Assembly: GCA_034530875.2 (NCBI GenBank)
Contig: JAVRCJ020000028.1
Coordinates: forward strand, 1-36,736
Source of the DNA: Nostoc sp. DedSLP01
Lineage (GTDB): Bacteria > Cyanobacteriota > Cyanobacteriia > Cyanobacteriales > Nostocaceae
Length of the DNA stretch: 36,736 nt
Reading direction: 5' to 3'
How positions within the stretch are numbered: the first letter of the stretch is position 1; each line of letters opens with the position of its first letter. The translations under genes were made by a program, and so were the position numbers. The notes under the pieces were generated by a model. That model was not told where the DNA came from. It searched no databases and worked only from the letters and a program-made list of their open reading frames with translations. Positions 20,579 through 30,274 of the stretch are shown piece by piece.

Positions 20579-22729
20579 TCAATTTTGTGGGTTTGTTTGT
20601 GGTGGATTGGTGGAATTAGGAAGTGGGATAAGTGGTACAGTTACAGGCTTTGATTTTTCGCTTTGCAGTTGAATTTGAGCTTGGTCGCGGGCGTTTATTG
20701 CTTGATGATAATTAGGCTTATATTTTATTGCTCGATTGTAAGCAACGATCGCATCTTGATAGCGTTGCAAATTTAAGAGAGCATTGCCTTTACTATACCA
20801 GCTTTCGTAATGGTCTGGTTTGTAGCGAACTGCTCGATCGTAAGATGCGATCGCGTCTTCGTATTTTTGCAAGTTAAATTGTGAATTTCCCAAGTTATAC
20901 CAAAGCCGATAATCGTTTCTCTTCAGATTTGCAGCTTTATTATAAGATTCTATTGCCGCGTCATAGCGTTGAGTTTGATGTTGCGACCAGGCTAAATTAT
21001 ACCATGCTTGATAGTTACTAGGATTGTATTTAATTACTTGATTAAAAGATTCAATTGCTTCGGGGTAACGTTGTAAATTCATGAGTATGTTACCTCTAGA
21101 CAACCAAGCTTGATAAAAATCTGGTTTGTATTGTACCGCTTTATCGTAAGCTGTAAATGCGTCTTTATAGCGTTGTAAATTGACTAGAGCATTTCCCAAG
21201 TTATACCAAGCTGACACGTACTCTGGTTTCAATTCCACAACCTTTTGATAAGCAGCGATCGCATCATCATATCGTTTTAAATTTTGTAAAGCTAATCCTT
21301 TTTTATACCAAGCTTCAAAATCATCTGATTTCAATGCGATCGCTTTTTCATAAGATTCAATTGCTTGGTCGTATTGCCCTAAATTTCTGAAAGCTTCTCC
21401 TTTAGCATTCCAGACTTGGGAATTGTCGCTTTTTAATTCTAAGGCTTTGTTAAAAGAAGCGATCGCTTCTTGATATCGTTGTAATTTTCCCAATACAAAA
21501 CCTCTGCCAATCCAAGCTTCTAAATAATCTGGTTGGATTTGAATTGCTTTATCATACGCTGCTAAAGAGTCTTTGTATTTTTTTAATTCATAAAGCGTTT
21601 TCCCTTGACCATTCCATCCTTGCGCATAATCTGGTCTAATATTAACTGCTTTTTCATATACTGCTAATGCTTCTTGATAGCGTTGCAAATCAAAAAGCGT
21701 ATTTCCTTGTTTAGATAATTCTATAGCATTATTAGAATTAACGTGATTTAAAATCAATATTGATGCTATTCCTGTGACACCAAACAAAAGTATTGCTAAT
21801 AGAAACTTACTTAAGAAACCTTTTTTCGGTTGAGCATTTATTATCTTATTTGGTGGTGAAATATTTGGTGGTGAAATCGGAGTCAATGCTATTGTTTGAG
21901 GCAGGGGTTGTGTTAACTCTTGCAGTGCTTTTAATGCCAGCGTTGCCGAAGAATAGCGTTCTCGAAAATCATAGCGCACCATTCTATCTAAAAATTCGAC
22001 AAATTCTGATGTAACTGTGGTTTTATTTTGCCAAATAATTTCATTAGTCTCAGCATCTTTGACTAATTCTTCTGGAGATAATCCTGTGAGAGCTTGAATA
22101 GCGATTATACCTGTAGCATAGATATCACTGCTTAATTTTGGCGTACCATGAGCTTGTTCGCTAGGAATATATCCCGGTGTCCCGATCGCAACAGTACATT
22201 GAGTTGTACCTTGGGGAGTAATAACTTGGGTAGCAATTTGTTTAACTGCGCCAAAATCAATTAAGATTAACTTGCCATCAGCATCACGTCTCTTGATATT
22301 TCGGGGATTGACATCGCGGTGAATTACATTCTGTTGATGGACAAATTCTAGGATTGTCAAAATTTCCTGTAAAAATGAAATCACCTGGTCTTGATTCCAG
22401 GTTTTCCCCGGCGTTAATTCTTCGCTCAAATCGTGACCTGCGATTAATTCCTGTACGAGATAAAACTCGGCCTTTTCTTCAAAATAAGCTAAAAGTTGGG
22501 GAATGCGATCGTGAGTTCCTAATTTATACAAAACTTGAGCTTCTGTATCAAATAAACGCCTAGCCGTCTCCAAAGTTACTGGGTCATTTGCTTGAGGCTT
22601 GAGTTTCTTAACCACACATTGAGGCGAACCAGGTAATTGAGTATCATAAGCAACAAAAGTTTCACCAAAACCCCCACCTCCCAAGTTACTAATAATTTGG
22701 TATCTTCCAACAAGTGTGTTTCCCAGCAT
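20579..22729 (-). CDS. Ser/Thr protein kinase with TM helix and about 10 TPR repeats
   Basis: LGGGGFG, CVVKKL, HRDVNPRN, DFG, GTPGY; 34-aa TPRs (AWYNLGNALVNLQRY...). Start set to ATG 22729 (MLGNTLVGRY) because the upstream extension runs into repeat DNA. Confidence 0.93.
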   Translation of the reverse strand: MLGNTLVGRYQIISNLGGGGFGETFVAYDTQLPGSPQCVVKKLKPQANDPVTLETARRLFDTEAQVLYKLGTHDRIPQLLAYFEEKAEFYLVQELIAGHDLSEELTPGKTWNQDQVISFLQEILTILEFVHQQNVIHRDVNPRNIKRRDADGKLILIDFGAVKQIATQVITPQGTTQCTVAIGTPGYIPSEQAHGTPKLSSDIYATGIIAIQALTGLSPEELVKDAETNEIIWQNKTTVTSEFVEFLDRMVRYDFRERYSSATLALKALQELTQPLPQTIALTPISPPNISPPNKIINAQPKKGFLSKFLLAILLFGVTGIASILILNHVNSNNAIELSKQGNTLFDLQRYQEALAVYEKAVNIRPDYAQGWNGQGKTLYELKKYKDSLAAYDKAIQIQPDYLEAWIGRGFVLGKLQRYQEAIASFNKALELKSDNSQVWNAKGEAFRNLGQYDQAIESYEKAIALKSDDFEAWYKKGLALQNLKRYDDAIAAYQKVVELKPEYVSAWYNLGNALVNLQRYKDAFTAYDKAVQYKPDFYQAWLSRGNILMNLQRYPEAIESFNQVIKYNPSNYQAWYNLAWSQHQTQRYDAAIESYNKAANLKRNDYRLWYNLGNSQFNLQKYEDAIASYDRAVRYKPDHYESWYSKGNALLNLQRYQDAIVAYNRAIKYKPNYHQAINARDQAQIQLQSEKSKPVTVPLIPLPNSTNPPQTNPQN

Positions 22730-22785
22730 CTCGTTTGCCCAGTGTAATTGCGATGCGATCTGATTTTGATTCTGCCACAGGTTAA

Positions 22786-22900
22786 GGGGGAGTGTGGGGA
22801 GATGGGGAGGCAAGGGAAGTGTGGGAGGTGTGGGAGGTGTGGGAGGAATAACCGATGCCCAATGCCCAATGACTAATGACTAATGACTAATAACTAATGA
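22786..22900. repeat. GTGTGGGAG nonamer repeats plus CCAATGC/CTAATGA heptamer tandem repeats
   Basis: Directly visible in the spacer between the divergent kinase and rhomboid genes. Confidence 0.8.
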
Positions 22901-22907
22901 CAAATCC

Positions 22908-23615
22908 ATGATTCCTATTAGTGATAATATTCGCTGTTGGCAGAAACCGATAATTAATTACTGGTTAATTGGCATTAATATTGCTGTATTTTTATGGGAA
23001 CTGAAACTAGAGTTTAGCGATGAATTGGGGTACTTTATTCATAGTTGGGGTCTAGTTCCAGCACAGATTAGTGGCGCAATTACAAATGCTATATTTTTGA
23101 ATTTTGCGGCTTGGATAGTTGTATTTTGGCGTATATTTTCGCTAATTTTTAGCATATTTTTGCATGGAAGTTTTAGCCAGATATTGGGAAATATGCTATT
23201 TTTATGGGTCTTTGGTAAGACTGTAGAAAATATTCTCGGACATAAGCGCTATTTAGGATTGTACTTAGCCGCTGGTGCGATCGCTGGAGTGGTACAAGTT
23301 ATGGCGCAACCAAGTTTGACGATACCATTGATTGGAGCTAATGGAGCGATCGCAGCTGTTTTAGGAGCCTACATCTTTAAGTTCCCTCAAGCCAAAATTT
23401 ACTCAGTTTTGCCATTAATAATTGTGTATATTCCTCTGGAAGTACCAGCCTTTTTTTATATATTTTGGTGGTTTTTACAACAGCTATTTTATGGTATAGG
23501 TAGTCTCAATATTCCTACTTCTGGTGTTAATCAATCTGGCGTTATTTACTCTGGACAAATTGTAGGATTATTGATTGGTGCAGGTTTCATGAGATTTAGA
23601 ACCTCTGTCAGGTAA
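22908..23615 (+). CDS. Rhomboid-family membrane protein, catalytic residues substituted
   Basis: MIPISD start, WR motif, FLHG...GNMLFLWVFG..VE..LGH; GANG instead of GASG, GQIVG instead of AHIGG. Confidence 0.88.
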   Translation: MIPISDNIRCWQKPIINYWLIGINIAVFLWELKLEFSDELGYFIHSWGLVPAQISGAITNAIFLNFAAWIVVFWRIFSLIFSIFLHGSFSQILGNMLFLWVFGKTVENILGHKRYLGLYLAAGAIAGVVQVMAQPSLTIPLIGANGAIAAVLGAYIFKFPQAKIYSVLPLIIVYIPLEVPAFFYIFWWFLQQLFYGIGSLNIPTSGVNQSGVIYSGQIVGLLIGAGFMRFRTSVR

Positions 23616-23730
23616 AAAGAAGCACTATATCCAAAAAAGCGGTGCTAAAACTTCGCCCTTGGCGTTGTTGCGTCAACCATAAATCTAAGCCACCACTATA
23701 ACTTGATGCGCTCATTCTCCACTGGTTCCA

Positions 23731-23760
23731 TTCTGAATTCTGAATTCTGAATTCTGAATT
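23731..23760. repeat. TTCTGAA heptamer tandem repeat
   Basis: Four consecutive TTCTGAA units. Confidence 0.85.
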
Positions 23761-23893
23761 CTTTTTTTTGTGCCTTTTGACAGATTGTATTTTTTAGCTT
23801 AAAAACTCATACTCATCAAACTAGGGGATGGCTAATCTTTAGGTCGGTATTGTTTAGTTATAAGCCGTGTGGAAGATGTTAAATTTTAATATC

Positions 23894-24427
23894 ATGCATG
23901 GGGAAAAAGTTCAAGCCGAAAGTTTTGAAGAACAGTCGAATCCAGCTTTCACTGTAAACTTACCCCTTTTCATCGCAAACGGACAAATCGGGTATGAGGA
24001 GAATGAATCTTTATTTTCTGAGCCTGATACCCCATTCCCCGCAAACACTCAAGTTTTGGTAGTGGATGATGAACCAGATATCCGCGATCTAGTAACGTTT
24101 ATTTTGCAAGACTACGGTGTAGAAGTAACTGCCGTTGCATCAGCACAAGAAGCATTACAAGCGCTGTCTGACTCAATACCGGATGTTTTAATCAGCGATA
24201 TTGGAATGCCCAAGACTGATGGTTATATGCTGATGCGTGAAGTGAGAAACCGATCGCCTCAAGAAGGAGGAAGCGTACCAGCGATCGCTCTGACCGCTTA
24301 TGCTGGGGAAATCAATCAGCAGCAAGCACTAGCAGCAGGATTTCAAATGCATATTCCCAAACCAATAGATCCAGATGAATTAGTAGAGGCGATCGTTGGT
24401 TTGATGAGAGCAATTCATAATTCGTAA
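23894..24427 (+). CDS. Stand-alone response regulator receiver protein
   Basis: VLVVDDE, DVLISDIGMPKTDG, IALTA, HIPKP; start uncertain (23867/23876/23894). Confidence 0.85.
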   Translation: MHGEKVQAESFEEQSNPAFTVNLPLFIANGQIGYEENESLFSEPDTPFPANTQVLVVDDEPDIRDLVTFILQDYGVEVTAVASAQEALQALSDSIPDVLISDIGMPKTDGYMLMREVRNRSPQEGGSVPAIALTAYAGEINQQQALAAGFQMHIPKPIDPDELVEAIVGLMRAIHNS

Positions 24428-24544
24428 TACTCGCCAAGGCGTAACAAGCAAGCTAGGCAATTAAGAAATTCAGATTGTATCGCAACAGACAAGGTGGTTA
24501 GGACATTCACAGATGAGACAACTTATATACAACAAGACTTTTCA

Positions 24545-24573
24545 CCCAGTCCCCAGTCACCAGTCCCCAGTCC
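24545..24573. repeat. STRR1-type CCCCAGT heptamer repeat
   Basis: CCCAGTCCCCAGTCACCAGTCCCCAGTCCC. Confidence 0.85.
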
Positions 24574-24681
24574 CTTGCTATATTTAGCTTTTAAGCTTTG
24601 CATCTGTTGCCGAATTTTGGAGAATTGGTAAAATTTTTAATTCTGTTTGATATCGATTCTCAGTTGAATAAGGTAGACGGC

Positions 24682-24707
24682 TAGGGGCGCACAACTTTGC
24701 GCCCCTA
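24682..24707. repeat. REP-like hairpin
   Basis: TAGGGGCGCA-CAACTT-TGCGCCCCTA, related to the hairpin at about 3061-3085. Confidence 0.75.
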
Positions 24708-24793
24708 CTAATATCTGTGTTGATGTGTAATAATTTTTACTCTACCTTACCTATGCGCTAACATAAATACACAAAAGACAAAAATTCGTTGGT

Positions 24794-25255
24794 TTAGCTT
24801 AGATAAGCAGACCTAGCTAACCAATAAACGGTTATACCCAAAGCTGACCCGGCTATTACTTGAACTGGTGTATGTCCAAGTAATTCCTTAAGACGGTCTT
24901 GGCTAAAGTCTGGTTTTTCATCAAATAATTCATCAATCATTTGATTGAGGATGCGAGCTTGTTTGCCAGCTGCTTGGCGAACTCCAGCTGCATCGTACAT
25001 GACGATGATGGCAAAAACCATTGCTACCGCAAAATCAGGAGATGCCCAACCAAGTTTTTCCCCGACACCAGCAGCTAGAGCGGTAACTAAAGCTGAATGG
25101 GCACTGGGCATACCTCCAGTTGTTACTAAAACACGCACATTTAGCTTGCGATTTTTGACTACCTCGATTACAAGCTTTAATGCTTGAGCAATTAAACAAG
25201 CTACCAGAGCAACTAGCAGCACCCGGTTGTCTAAAATGTTGCCTATGTCCTGCAT
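24794..25255 (-). CDS. Divergent PAP2 family protein (DUF212)
   Basis: GGMPSAHSA, YDAAGVR, LKELLGHTP; typical position downstream of crtE. Confidence 0.93.
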   Translation of the reverse strand: MQDIGNILDNRVLLVALVACLIAQALKLVIEVVKNRKLNVRVLVTTGGMPSAHSALVTALAAGVGEKLGWASPDFAVAMVFAIIVMYDAAGVRQAAGKQARILNQMIDELFDEKPDFSQDRLKELLGHTPVQVIAGSALGITVYWLARSAYLS

Positions 25256-25401
25256 GGTATTGTGGTTAGGTTAGTAATATGAGCAGCAGTGGTTGGTTGA
25301 GGAAACATTTAGATTCAACCCAAAATCCAAAATCTACCTAGTAAGTTAAAAATAGACAAAAAGTTTATGCTACGAGCATTTGCGCCTTTTGCCTTTTTAT
25401 A

Positions 25402-26331
25402 CTAATTATTGCGACTGACAATAAAATGAGCGATCGCTTGGAGTGGTTTGGCTTTCTCTCCAAATGGTTCTAATTCCGCGCAAGCTGCGACAATTAGCTC
25501 TTGGGCTTTTGCACGAGATTCTTCAAGTCCCCAAAGGCTGGGAAATGTAACTTTCTTAGCTTTTTGGTCTTTGCCAGCAGTTTTACCTAATTGTTCCTGG
25601 GTAGCAGTGATATCCAAAATATCATCTACGATTTGAAACGCTAACCCAATATTTTGAGCATAACGCGTTAGTCTTTGCACATCTTCAGATGATGCCCCAG
25701 CGACGATCCCGCCACAAACTACGCAAGCTTCCAAAAGGGCAGCTGTTTTGTGTTCGTGGATGAAATTTAGCGTTTCTAAAGAAACATCTGATTTACCTTC
25801 ACACTGTAAATCTACAACTTGGCCGCCGACTAAACCAGCTGCTCCCAAAGCCCGACCCAGACGGACAACTACTTGCAATACTCGATCTCTGGTTACACTT
25901 TCAGGAGTTTCAAGGGCAACATGTTCAAAAGCCAGAGCTAACAAGCCATCACCAGCTAAAATCGCTACATCTTCGCCATAAACTTTATGATTTGTCAGCT
26001 TTCCGCGACGATAATCGTCATTATCCATTGACGGCAGGTCGTCATGAATCAAGGACATTGTGTGGATCATCTCCACTGCACAAGCCGTCGGCATAGCCAT
26101 TTCGATGGTGCCACCGATCATCTCACAAGTAGCAAGGCAGAGAATGGGGCGTACACGCTTACCTCCAGCTAATAACGAGTAGCGCATCGACTCATAAATT
26201 GTTTCTGGATAAACGACGGTAATAGCCCGATCCAAAGCAGTATCGCAAAGCTTTTGCCGTTCTTTGAGATAGGCTGCTAGGTTGAATTCAGTTTCCTCTG
26301 GTTTCTTTTGAACGTTATCAGTTGCTACCAT
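25402..26331 (-). CDS. crtE: Geranylgeranyl diphosphate synthase
   Basis: [30 protein letters not shown]; conserved folD-crtE-DUF212 order. Confidence 0.95.
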   Translation of the reverse strand: MVATDNVQKKPEETEFNLAAYLKERQKLCDTALDRAITVVYPETIYESMRYSLLAGGKRVRPILCLATCEMIGGTIEMAMPTACAVEMIHTMSLIHDDLPSMDNDDYRRGKLTNHKVYGEDVAILAGDGLLALAFEHVALETPESVTRDRVLQVVVRLGRALGAAGLVGGQVVDLQCEGKSDVSLETLNFIHEHKTAALLEACVVCGGIVAGASSEDVQRLTRYAQNIGLAFQIVDDILDITATQEQLGKTAGKDQKAKKVTFPSLWGLEESRAKAQELIVAACAELEPFGEKAKPLQAIAHFIVSRNN

Positions 26332-26412
26332 TCTTAAATTCCTGACATTTTGAGATTTTTGTCTTATACGTCACAATTTTAAGGTGCTGTGGGACTCGAA
26401 AAATGAGAAGTT

Positions 26413-26548
26413 GGGGAAGAAGATGGGGAGATGGGAAGATGGGGGAGTGTGGGGAGTGTGGGGGGAAAGATTTCTTCCCCATCCTCCCACACCTCCCACA
26501 CCTTCCTGCTTTTCCCTCCTCCCACACCTCCCAATGCCCCAATTCCCC
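26413..26548. repeat. G/C-rich dispersed repeat with AAAGATTTCTTCCCC core (copy 1)
   Basis: Purine-rich arm, core at 26466-26480, CCTCCCACA nonamer arm. Confidence 0.8.
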
Positions 26549-26566
26549 TTGTCTGTCCATCATTTC

Positions 26567-27445
26567 TCACTTTTTTACTGTCCTGGAATAGCTAGCAAAT
26601 GTATTTTGCAACAATAGAGCAACAGTCATCGGCCCAACACCACCGGGAACTGGGGTGATAAAACCCGCTACGGCAGCAGTTGATTCCAAATGAACATCGC
26701 CAACTAGCCGATTGTTGCCACTGGGATCGGTGACGCGATTCATTCCCACATCTACCACAACAGCGCCCGGTTTTACCATGTCAGCAGAAATCAGTCCGGG
26801 ACGACCTGCTGCTGCAATTAGAATATCAGCATTCTGAGCGATCGCTTTGAGATCGTGCGATCGCGAATGAGCAATGGTGACTGTTGCATCAGCTTCTAGC
26901 AGCATCAACGCCATTGGCTTACCTACTAAAATACTGCGTCCCACCACTACAGCCTGTTTTCCCTGCAACGGAATTTTATATTCTGCTAAAAGCCGCATCA
27001 CGCCAGCAGGGGTACAGCTACGCAAACCAGTTTCTCCCCGTACTAGTCGCCCCAAGTTCACTGGGTGCAGTCCATCAGCATCTTTATCGGGATCGATTTG
27101 ATGTAGCAAACCAACAGCATCCAAGTGGTTAGGCAACGGTAGCTGCACGAGAATGCCATCTACCCGTTCGTCGTGGTTGAGTGTATGAATCACCTCTTCC
27201 AATTCCCCTTGGGTAGTTTCAGCAGGAAAATGTTTGCCAAAAGAGGCTATACCAACTTTCGCGCAGGCTTTTTCTTTATTGCGTACATAAGCAGCTGATG
27301 CCGGGTTATCCCCAACCATCAGCACTGCTAAACCAGGCGGCCGTCCAACTTTTGGTTGTAATTCACTAATGGCAACAGAAAGTTCTTGCTGAATTTTTGC
27401 AGCTAAAGCTTTCCCATCAAGGAGTTTGGCAGTTTGTGTTTTCAT
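26567..27445 (-). CDS. folD: Bifunctional methylenetetrahydrofolate dehydrogenase/cyclohydrolase
   Basis: [45 protein letters not shown]. Confidence 0.97.
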   Translation of the reverse strand: MKTQTAKLLDGKALAAKIQQELSVAISELQPKVGRPPGLAVLMVGDNPASAAYVRNKEKACAKVGIASFGKHFPAETTQGELEEVIHTLNHDERVDGILVQLPLPNHLDAVGLLHQIDPDKDADGLHPVNLGRLVRGETGLRSCTPAGVMRLLAEYKIPLQGKQAVVVGRSILVGKPMALMLLEADATVTIAHSRSHDLKAIAQNADILIAAAGRPGLISADMVKPGAVVVDVGMNRVTDPSGNNRLVGDVHLESTAAVAGFITPVPGGVGPMTVALLLQNTFASYSRTVKK

Positions 27446-27935
27446 AAAAATTTCCAGCTATATTTCGTCTTTTGTTGCAAGTTTTATTCAGGAAGGGAAT
27501 AGGGAGTGGGGAGATGGGGAGGTAGGGAGATGAGGGATAGAAGCCGCGTGCTGATACCGAGTTGCGTTCAAAAATATTAGTTTAGGCATGGGAAGCAGGG
27601 GGTAAATACTACATTTGATTGCAACTTGGTATGAGTAGAGGAAAATAATTATAACTATAATTTTGTATAAATTAAGATTCGTGAATGAGTCTTTGATACT
27701 CACGAACAAGCATTAAAACTTTACTCTTTTTGCTTCCTAAGCCCAACTTCTCGTTCCTGGAGCTTTTTTGCAATTTGACTCTTACTCCTTGACTTTTTAC
27801 TATTATTATGTTGCTGTTTGATGTCGTAGCGTTTTTCTTACAGTAAATCCAGAATCTTCATTTTCTCAGATCTACAGCGTCATCTGAAGAATAAAACAGC
27901 GAACTAGCCGCGATCGCAATCAGGGATATAGAGAA

Positions 27936-28035
27936 GTGTGGGGAGAGAAGGGAGATGAGGAGATGGGGAAGTGTGGGGAGAAAGATTTCTTCCCCATCCC
28001 CCCCACACCTCCCACACCTCCCACACCTCCCACAC
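27936..28035. repeat. G/C-rich dispersed repeat with AAAGATTTCTTCCCC core (copy 2)
   Basis: Core at 27981-27995 followed by CCTCCCACA units. Confidence 0.8.
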
Positions 28036-28116
28036 TCACCGTTTGCCCCATGCCCAATTCAGAACAAAGTACGATAGATAGGAACTGACTCGGCTGGAGT
28101 GGCGACAAAATAAGCA

Positions 28117-28566
28117 GTGAAGCAAAAATTTGCTCAATCGGTGGCTTTCATGCAACAAACGAGAAATTTGTCCCTTGCCTTCTTGTACGGGCGCAGTATT
28201 GTCCTCTACCGTGTAGGGTTGGCTTTTTTTTTAGCAGCAGGACTTTATAGTTGTGGTAATTTACCTTCCTCTGGCTTGAGTGGGACTAGCTTAAAATTTG
28301 GCACTAATGTCACCCCAATTGGCGATATTAAACTCAAACAAAAGAATCAAGCCACAGTTTACATCCAAGGAAAGGTAGAAAAGCAAGCTCCTTTGATGAA
28401 GCAGTGGGCTTATGAAGTAAATGACACAACTGGCAAAATTTGGGTTGTTACGAATCAAAAAAGTTTGGGAGAGGGATCGCAAGTAGTGTTTAAGGGTAAA
28501 GTTCGCTACCGAAGTATCCCTGTAGGTGGCAAAGAACTTGGAGAAATTTATTTGGAAGAAGAATAA
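28117..28566 (+). CDS. Hypothetical lipoprotein with OB-fold-like domain
   Basis: Hydrophobic stretch ending LYSC (lipobox-like); VYIQGKV...DTTGKIWV OB-fold pattern; true start may be downstream (e.g. ATG 28150). Confidence 0.7.
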   Translation: MKQKFAQSVAFMQQTRNLSLAFLYGRSIVLYRVGLAFFLAAGLYSCGNLPSSGLSGTSLKFGTNVTPIGDIKLKQKNQATVYIQGKVEKQAPLMKQWAYEVNDTTGKIWVVTNQKSLGEGSQVVFKGKVRYRSIPVGGKELGEIYLEEE

Positions 28567-28589
28567 TTTTGCTATTAAACAAGAACATT

Positions 28590-29021
28590 ATGAGCAATGA
28601 ACTAATACATGTAGCGATCGCTATTCTCTACCAAAAAGACAAATTTCTCATGCAACTACGGGACAACATCCCTAATATTCGTTATCCCGGTCGCTGGGCG
28701 CTATTTGGCGGTCATATCGAACCTGGGGAAACACCGGATGTTGCCGTCAAAAGAGAAATTTTAGAAGAAATCGGCTATAATTTACCTTCCTTTGTTGAAT
28801 TTGGCTGTTATACTCACCAAAAAGTCGCCCGTCATGTTTTTCATGCACCACTCTTAGTAGATTTAAATCAATTGGTTTTGAATGAAGGCTGGGATATGGG
28901 ATTATTGACTCCAGAAGATATTCGCCAAGGTCAATGTTATTCAAAAAATGCTGGCGAAGTGCGACCTTTAGGAGACATACATCAGCGAATTATGTTGGAT
29001 TTTATCGAGAAGAATCAATAA
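28590..29021 (+). CDS. Nudix hydrolase
   Basis: Nudix box GGHIEPGETPDVAVKREILEEIG; ATG 28590 preferred over TTG 28569. Confidence 0.92.
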   Translation: MSNELIHVAIAILYQKDKFLMQLRDNIPNIRYPGRWALFGGHIEPGETPDVAVKREILEEIGYNLPSFVEFGCYTHQKVARHVFHAPLLVDLNQLVLNEGWDMGLLTPEDIRQGQCYSKNAGEVRPLGDIHQRIMLDFIEKNQ

Positions 29022-29045
29022 GATTGGGCATGGGGTAAACGGTAA

Positions 29046-29115
29046 GTGTGGGAGGTGTGGGAAGTGTGGGAGGATGGGGAAGAAATCTTTCCCCCTCACT
29101 CTCCACACTCCCCAC
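29046..29115. repeat. G/C-rich dispersed repeat, inverted orientation (copy 3)
   Basis: GTGTGGGAGGATGGGGAAGAAATCTTT is the exact reverse complement of 26466-26492. Confidence 0.8.
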
Positions 29116-29165
29116 TTGCTAATAGCCAAAATCAAGTTAAAACTCTTGTGGAGTAGTTACAACTA

Positions 29166-30269
29166 ATGCAATCAGCAAACAAACTGCCACGATGGTTAAG
29201 CATAGGATTGGCATTTCCAATTATTATTCTCAACGGCTGGCTGTTGCTCCAGGTCGTGCAGTATTTTCAACCTTTGGTGAACATTATTGCGGCCGCTATC
29301 TTACTGGCTTTTGTCTTGGACTATCCAATTCAATTTCTGCAAACACAAGGTGTAAAGCGTAATTTGGCGATCGGGGGAGTGTTACTTTTAACTGTGGTGG
29401 TCATAGTCGGTCTAGGCATCACTTTAGTGCCGCTGATTATCCAACAGCTCAACGAATTAGCTAATATTTTGCCTAGTTGGATTGATTCTGGTACCGAACA
29501 ACTGCAAGCTTTTCAGGATTGGGCGTTAAGTCAACAGCACTTACCTATTAATTTAAGTGCTTTAGTTAGCGAAATTTTAGAAAGATTATCTAATCAACTC
29601 CAGTCTTTTACAGGAAGAATTCTCGGTTTTGCTGTTGATACCATCGGTATTGTACTTAACGTCTTGCTGACGGTGGTGCTGACTATCTATCTAATATTGA
29701 ACGGCGAACGTCTGTGGGATGGAATTTATCAATGGTTTCCCACTAATATTGGCTCAAAAGTGCGGCAATTCTTGCGAGAGGATTTTCACAATTACTTTAT
29801 CGGTCAAGCTACATTGGGTGCTGTTTTGGGGGCGACAGTTACGCTAGCATTTTGGATTTTGCAAGTTCCTTTAGCGCTACTTTTTGGTATTGGTATTGGG
29901 TTGTTTTCTCTATTTCCCTTTGGTACGGGAATAGGTATCTCTATAGTTAGTCTTTTGGTAGCCTTGCAAAATTTCTGGCTAGGAGTGGAAGTTTTAGGCG
30001 TAGCCGTTGCGATCGACCAAATAAATTCTAATATTATTGCACCCCGAATTCTCGGCAATTTAACTGGATTAAATCCTGTATGGGTCGTGATTTCTTTGCT
30101 GCTGGGGGCTAAATTAGGAGGCGTGCTGGGTTTGTTAATTGCAATTCCCTTTGCCAGTTTTATCAAGGATGCGGCAGATAGTTGGCGGGCTGGCGAGTTT
30201 AATAAAATTGATGATATTGAGTTAGAACCTGCAAAAGTCCCAAGTGAAAAAGCAGGAACTTATAGCTAA
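29166..30269 (+). CDS. AI-2E (PerM/UPF0118) family transporter
   Basis: 367 aa, multi-TM; PRILGNLTGLNPVWVVISLLLGAKLGGVLGLLIAIP signature. Confidence 0.92.
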   Translation: MQSANKLPRWLSIGLAFPIIILNGWLLLQVVQYFQPLVNIIAAAILLAFVLDYPIQFLQTQGVKRNLAIGGVLLLTVVVIVGLGITLVPLIIQQLNELANILPSWIDSGTEQLQAFQDWALSQQHLPINLSALVSEILERLSNQLQSFTGRILGFAVDTIGIVLNVLLTVVLTIYLILNGERLWDGIYQWFPTNIGSKVRQFLREDFHNYFIGQATLGAVLGATVTLAFWILQVPLALLFGIGIGLFSLFPFGTGIGISIVSLLVALQNFWLGVEVLGVAVAIDQINSNIIAPRILGNLTGLNPVWVVISLLLGAKLGGVLGLLIAIPFASFIKDAADSWRAGEFNKIDDIELEPAKVPSEKAGTYS

Positions 30270-30274
30270 AAATC

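Noticed and set aside
22730..22813. N-terminal extension of the TPR kinase in the ORF track
   Set aside because: Begins at TTG within repeat DNA; the kinase domain starts right after ATG 22729.
26318..26617. Several short ORFs over G/C-rich spacers (also 22576-22869, 27488-27709, 27920-28108, 1748-1933)
   Set aside because: They are translations of tandem repeats or MITEs (PHLPHLP-type low complexity).
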